NCBI GenBank assembly: GCA_964016885.1 | Contig: OZ024741.1 | Span: forward strand, 255,750,001-255,814,000 | DNA from: Eledone cirrhosa | Lineage: Eukaryota | DNA length: 64,000 nt | Direction: 5' to 3' | Part shown: piece after piece, positions 59,501-64,000 of the stretch | How the letters are laid out: each line of letters starts with the position of its first letter | How positions within the stretch are numbered: the first letter of the stretch is position 1 | Made by a program: the position numbers and the translations under genes | Notes under the pieces: model-generated | Told to the model about the DNA's origin: nothing | The model's database searches: none | What the model saw: only the letters and a program-made list of their open reading frames with translations

Positions 59501-62500
59501 CTGTTTTCTCTGTCAGTGCCAGTGTTGTTGTAGTTGTTGCTGTTTTCTCTGTCAGTGCCAGTGTTGTTGAAGTTGTTGCTGTTTTCTGTGTCAGTGCCAG
59601 TGTTGTTGTTGTTGCTGTTTTCTCTGTCAGTGCCAGTGTTGTTGTAGTTGTTGCTGCTTTCTCTGTCAGTGCCAGTGTTGTTGTAGTTGTTGCTGTTTTC
59701 TGTGTCAGTGCCAGTGTTGTTCTTGCTCTTTTCTCTGTCAGTGCCAGTGTTGTTGTAGTTGTTGCTGTTTTCTCTGTCAGTGCCAGTGTTGTTGAAGTTG
59801 TTGCTGTTTTCTGTGTCAGTGCCAGTGTTGTTCTTGTTGCTGTTTTCTGTGTCAGTGCCAGTGTTGTTGTAGTTGTTGCTGTTTTCTGTGTCAGTGCCAG
59901 TGTTGTGGTAGTTGTTGCTGTTTTCTGTGTCAGTGCCAGTGTTGTTGTAGTTGTTGCTGTTTTCTGTGTCAGTGCCAGTGTTGTTGTAGTTGTTGCTGTT
60001 TTCTCTGTCAGTGCCAGTGTTGTTGTAGTTGTTGATGTTTTCTGTGTCAATGCCAGTGTTGTTGTTGTTGCTGTTTTCTCTGTCAGTGCCAGTGTTGTAG
60101 ATGTTGCTGTTTACTCTGTCAGTGCCAGTGTTGTTGTAGTTGTTGCTGTTTTCTGTGTCAGTGCCAGTGTTGTTGCTGTTGTTGCTGTTTTCTGTGTCAG
60201 TGCCAGTGTTGTTGTTGTTGCTGTTTTCTCTGTCAGTGCCAGTGTTTTTGTTGTTGCTGTTTTCTGTGTCAGTGCCAGTGTTTTTCTAGTTGTTGCTGTT
60301 TTCTCTGTCAGTGCCAGTGTTGTTGTAGTTGTTGCTGTTTTCTCTGTCAGTGCCAGTGTTGTTGTAGTTGTTGCTGTTTTCTGTGTCAGTGCCGGTGTTG
60401 TTGTTGTTGCTGTTTTCTCTGTCAATGCCAGTGTTGTTGTTGTTGCTGTTTTCTCTGTCAGTGCCAGTGTTGTTGTTGTTGCTGTTTTCTGTGTCAGTGC
60501 CAGTGTTGTTGTTGTTGCTGTTTTCTGTGTCAGTGCCAGTGTTGTTGTAGTTGTTGCTGTTTTCTGTGCCAGTGCCAGTGTTGTTGTAGTTGTTGCTGTT
60601 TTCTGTGTCAGTGCCAGTGTTGTTGTAGTTGTTGCTGTTTTCTCTGTGAGTGCCAGTGTTGTTGTAGTTGTTGCTGTTTTCTGTGTCAGTGCCAGTGTTG
60701 TTGTAGTTGTTGCTGTTTTCTCTGTCAGTGCCAGTGTTGTTGTAGTTGTTGCTGTTTTCTGTGTCAGTGCCAGTGTTGTTGTTGCTGTTTTCTCTGTCAG
60801 TGCCAGTGTTGTTGTAGTTGTTGCTGTTTTCTCTGTCAGTGCCAGTGATGTTGTAGTTGTTGCTGTTTTCTGTGTTAGTGCCAGTGTTGTTGTAGTTGTT
60901 GCTGTTTTCTGTGTCAGTGCCAGTGTTGTTGCTGTTGCTGTTTTCTCTGTCAGTGCCAGTGTTGTTGTAGTTGTTGCTGCTTTCTCTGTCAGTGCCAGTG
61001 TTGTTGTAGTTGTTGCTGTTTTCTGTGTCAGTGCCAGTGTTGTTGTTGTTGCTGTTTTCTCTGTCAGTGCCAGTGTTGTTGTAGTTGTTGCTGTTTTCTG
61101 TGTCAGTGCCAATGTTGTTGTTGCTGTTTTCTCTGTCAGTGCCAGAGTTGTTGTAGTTTTTGCTGTTTTCTGTGTCAGTGCCAGTGTTGTTGTTGCTGTT
61201 TTCTGTGTCAGTGCCAGTGTTGTTGTTGTTGCTGTTTTCTCTGTCAGTGCCAGTGTTGTTGCTGTTGTTATTTTCACTGTCAGTGCCAGTGTTGTTGTTG
61301 TTGCTGTTTTCTGTGTCAGTGCCAGTGTTGTTGTTGTTGCTGTTTTCTTTGTCAGTGCCAGTGTTGTTGTTGTTACTGTTGCTGTTTTCTGTGTCAGTTC
61401 CAGTGTTGCTGTTGCTGTTTTCTGTGCCAGTGCCAGTGTTATTGTTGCTGTTGTTGCTGTTTTCTGTGTCAGTGCCACGGTTGTTGTTGCTGTTGTTGCT
61501 GTTTTCTGTGTCAGTGCCAGTGTTGTTGTTGCTGTTTTCTGTGTCAGTGCCAGTGTTGTTGTTGCTGTTGTTGCTGTTTTCTATGCCAGTGTTGTTGTAG
61601 TTGTTGCTGTTTTCTGTGTCAGTGCCGGTGTTGTTGTTGTTGCTGTTTTCTCTGTCAGTGCCAGTGTTGTTGTTGTTGCTGTTTTCTCTGTCAGTGCCAG
61701 TGTTGTTGTTGTTGCTGTTTTCTGTGTCAGTGCCAGTGTTGTTGTAGTTGTTGCTGTTTTCTGTGTCAGTGTCAGTGTTGTTGTAGTTGTTGCTGTTTTC
61801 TGTGTCAGTGCCAGTGTTGTTGTAGTTGTTGCTGTTTTCTCTGTCAGTGCCAGTGTTGTTGTAGTTGTTGCTGTTTTCTCTGTCAGTGCCAGTGTTGTTG
61901 TAGTTGTTGATGTTTTCTGTGTCAATGCCAGTGTTGTTGTTGTTGCTGTTTTCTCTGTCAGTGCCAGTGTTGTAGTTGTTGCTGTTTTCTCTGTCAGTGC
62001 CAGTGTTGTTGTAGTTGTTGCTGTTTTCTGTGTCAGTGCCAGTGTTGTTGCTGTTGTTGCTGTTTTCTGTGTCAGTGCCAGTGTTGTTGTTGTTGCTGTT
62101 TTCTCTGTCAGTGCCAGTGTTTTTGTTGTTGCTGTTTTCTGTGTCAGTGCCAGTGTTGTTCTAGTTGTTGCTGTTTTCTGTGTCAGTGCCAATGTTGTTG
62201 TAGTTGTTGCTGTTTTCTCTGTCAGTGCCAGTGTTGTTGTAGTTGTTGCTGTTTTCTCTGTCAGTGACAGTGTTGTTGAAGTTGTTGCTGTTTTCTGTGT
62301 CAGTGCCAGTGTTGTTGTTGTTGCTGTTTTCTCTGTCAGTGCCAGTGTTGTTGTAGTTATTGCTGTTTTCTGTGTCAGTGCCACTGTTGTTGTTGCTGTT
62401 TTCTGTGTCGGTGCCAGTGTTGTTGTTGTTGCTGTTTTCTCTGTCAGTGCCAGTGTTGTTGTAGTTGTTGCTGTTTTCTGTGTCAGTGCCAGTGTTGTTG

Positions 62501-62815
62501 TTGTTGCTGTTTTCTCTGTCAGTGCCAGTGTTGTTGTAGTTGTTGCTGTTTTCTGTGTCAGTGCCAGTGTTGTTGCTGTTGCTGTTTTCTCTGTCAGTGC
62601 CAGTGTTGTTGTAGTTGTTGCTGCTTTCTCTGTCAGTGCCAGTGTTGTTGTAGTTGTTGCTGTTTTCTGTGTCAGTGCCAGTGTTGTTGTTGCTGTTTTC
62701 TCTGTCAGTGCCAGTGTTGTTGTAGTTGTTGCTGTTTTCTCTGTCAGTGCCAGTGTTGTTGAAGTTGTTGCTGTTTTCTGTGTCAGTGCCAGTGTTGTTG
62801 TTGTTGCTGTTTTCT
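56560..62815. repeat. ~3.2-3.3-kb duplication in array B (boundaries approximate)
   Basis: ORF pairs 57176/60368, 57968/61160 and 58389/61581 (+3192), and 56808/60111 (+3303). Private variants GTAGATGTTGCTGTTTACTC, GCCAGAGTT and TTCTATGCC are each duplicated. Confidence 0.88.
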
Positions 62816-64000
62816 CTGTCAGTGCCAGTGTTGTTGTAGTTATTGCTGTTTTCTGTGTCAGTGTCACTGTTGTTGTTGCTGTTTTCTGTGTCGGTACCAG
62901 TGTTGTTGTTGTTGCTGTTTTCTCTGTCAGTGCCAGTGTGTTGTTGCTGTTTTCTCTGTCAGTGCCAGTGTTGTTGTTGCTGTTGTTGCTGTTGCTGTTT
63001 TCTCTGTCAGTGCCAGTGTTGTTGTAGTTGTTGCTGTTTTCTGTGTCAGTGCCAATGTTGTTGTTGTTGCTGTTTTCTCTGTCAGTGCCAGTGTTGTTGT
63101 AGTTGTTGCTGTTTTCTCTGTCAGTGCCAGTGTTGTTGTAGTTGTTGCTGTTTTCTGTGTCAGTGCCAGTGTTGTTGTTGTTGCTGTTTTCTCTGTCAAT
63201 GCCAGTGTTGTTGTTGTTGCTGTTTTCTCTGTCAGTGCCAGTGTTGTTGTTGTTGCTGTTTTCTGTGTCAGTGCCAGTGTTGTTGTTGTTGCTGTTTTCT
63301 GTGTCAGTGCCAGTGTTGTTGTAGTTGTTGCTGTTTTCTGTGCCAGTGCCAGTGTTGTTGTAGTTGTTGCTGTTTTCTGTGTCAGTGCCAGTGTTGTTGT
63401 AGTTGTTGCTGTTTTCTCTGTGAGTGCCAGTTTTGTTGTAGTTGTTGCTGTTTTCTCTGTCAGTGCCAGTGTTGTTGTAGTTGTTGCTGTTTTCTGTGTC
63501 AGTGCCAGTGTTTTTGTTGTTGCTGTTTTCTCTGTCAGTGCCAGTGTTGTTGTAGTTGTTGCTGTTTTCTGTGTCAGTGCCAGTGTTGTTGTAGTTGTTG
63601 CTGTTTTCTGTGTCAGTGCCAGTGTTGTTGTTGCTGTTTTCTCTGTCAGTGCCAGTGTTGTTGTTGCTGTTGCTGTTTTCTGTGTCAGTGCCAGTGTTGT
63701 TGTAGTTGTTGCTGTTTTCTCTGTGAGTGCCAGTGTTGTTGTAGTTGTTGCTGTTTTCTCTGTCAGTGCCAGTGTTGTTGTAGTTGTTGCTGTTTTCTGT
63801 GTCAGTGCCAGTGTTTTTGTCGTTGCTGTTTTCTCTGTCAGTGCCAGTGTTGTTGTAGTTGTTGCTGTTTTCTGTGTCAGTGCCAGTGTTGTAGTTGTTG
63901 CTGTTTTCTCTGTCAGTGCCAGTGTTGTTGTTGCTGTTTTCTCTGTCAGTGCCAGTGTTGTTGTTGCTGTTGCTGTTTTCTGTGTCAGTGCCAGTGTTGT

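Larger units (their letters stand above)
30472..63027 (+). other. 10,851-codon Val/Ala/Ser ORF (VSASVVVVVAVF[C/S])n, antisense to the Thr-rich frame. Very unlikely to be a protein; confidence given is that it is a gene.
   Basis: From the ORF track. It has a TTG start and is uniformly hydrophobic, and few of its codons are one substitution from a stop. A 1-bp deletion at ~62939 ends it. Confidence 0.03.
24548..64000. repeat. Satellite array B: tandem repeat of mostly 33/36/39 bp, e.g. TGTCAGTGCCAGTGTTGTTGTAGTTGTTGCTGTTTTCT[C/G] (about 1,000-1,100 monomers; continues past the right edge)
   Basis: Visible directly. A constant TGTCAGTGCCAGT head and GCTGTTTTCT[C/G] tail flank a variable (GTT)n tract. 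The 39-mer is T19 G11 C6 A3 on the + strand. Confidence 0.99.

Noticed and set aside
25962-63324. Cys-rich (CQCQCCCSCCCFL) and Leu-rich (LLLLFSVSVPV) ORFs resembling metallothionein, keratin-associated or membrane proteins
   Set aside because: They are alternative frames of array B, bounded by chance stop variants, with no unique sequence.
1-64000. Inversions, large hairpins or G-quadruplex tracts
   Set aside because: I saw no reverse-orientation monomers, only 4-6-bp palindromes such as TCGA, and G runs are too sparse to form G4.

Overview
The window is almost entirely eukaryotic-style tandem satellite DNA, with no credible gene, RNA gene, CRISPR array or intact mobile element. Two unrelated arrays abut directly. 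Array A (1-~24549, left end outside the window) is a CpG-rich 16-bp satellite, consensus GACTTACGAGTGTTTC. It has stereotyped variant monomers, nested higher-order duplications (813 bp, ~1.6-1.9 kb, 6276 bp, and blocks recurring ~18-20 kb apart) and six copies of a 69-bp AT-rich interruption, the only non-satellite sequence in the window. Array B (24548-64000, right end outside the window) is a nearly CpG-free satellite of mostly 33/36/39-bp monomers, TGTCAGTGCCAGT(GTT)n..GCTGTTTTCT[C/G], with 0.4-4 kb higher-order duplications. Its length variation is almost always in multiples of 3, which gives >10,000-codon ORFs on both strands (Thr-rich on -, Val-rich on +). These are most likely by-products of the repeat rather than genes. 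The points most worth checking are the 69-bp interruption, the spacer-free A/B junction, the CENP-B-box-like core of the 16-mer and the ~37-kb frame preservation in array B. I cannot identify the organism and found no direct evidence of a novel protein-coding system. All coordinates and comparisons were made by eye and from the ORF track.
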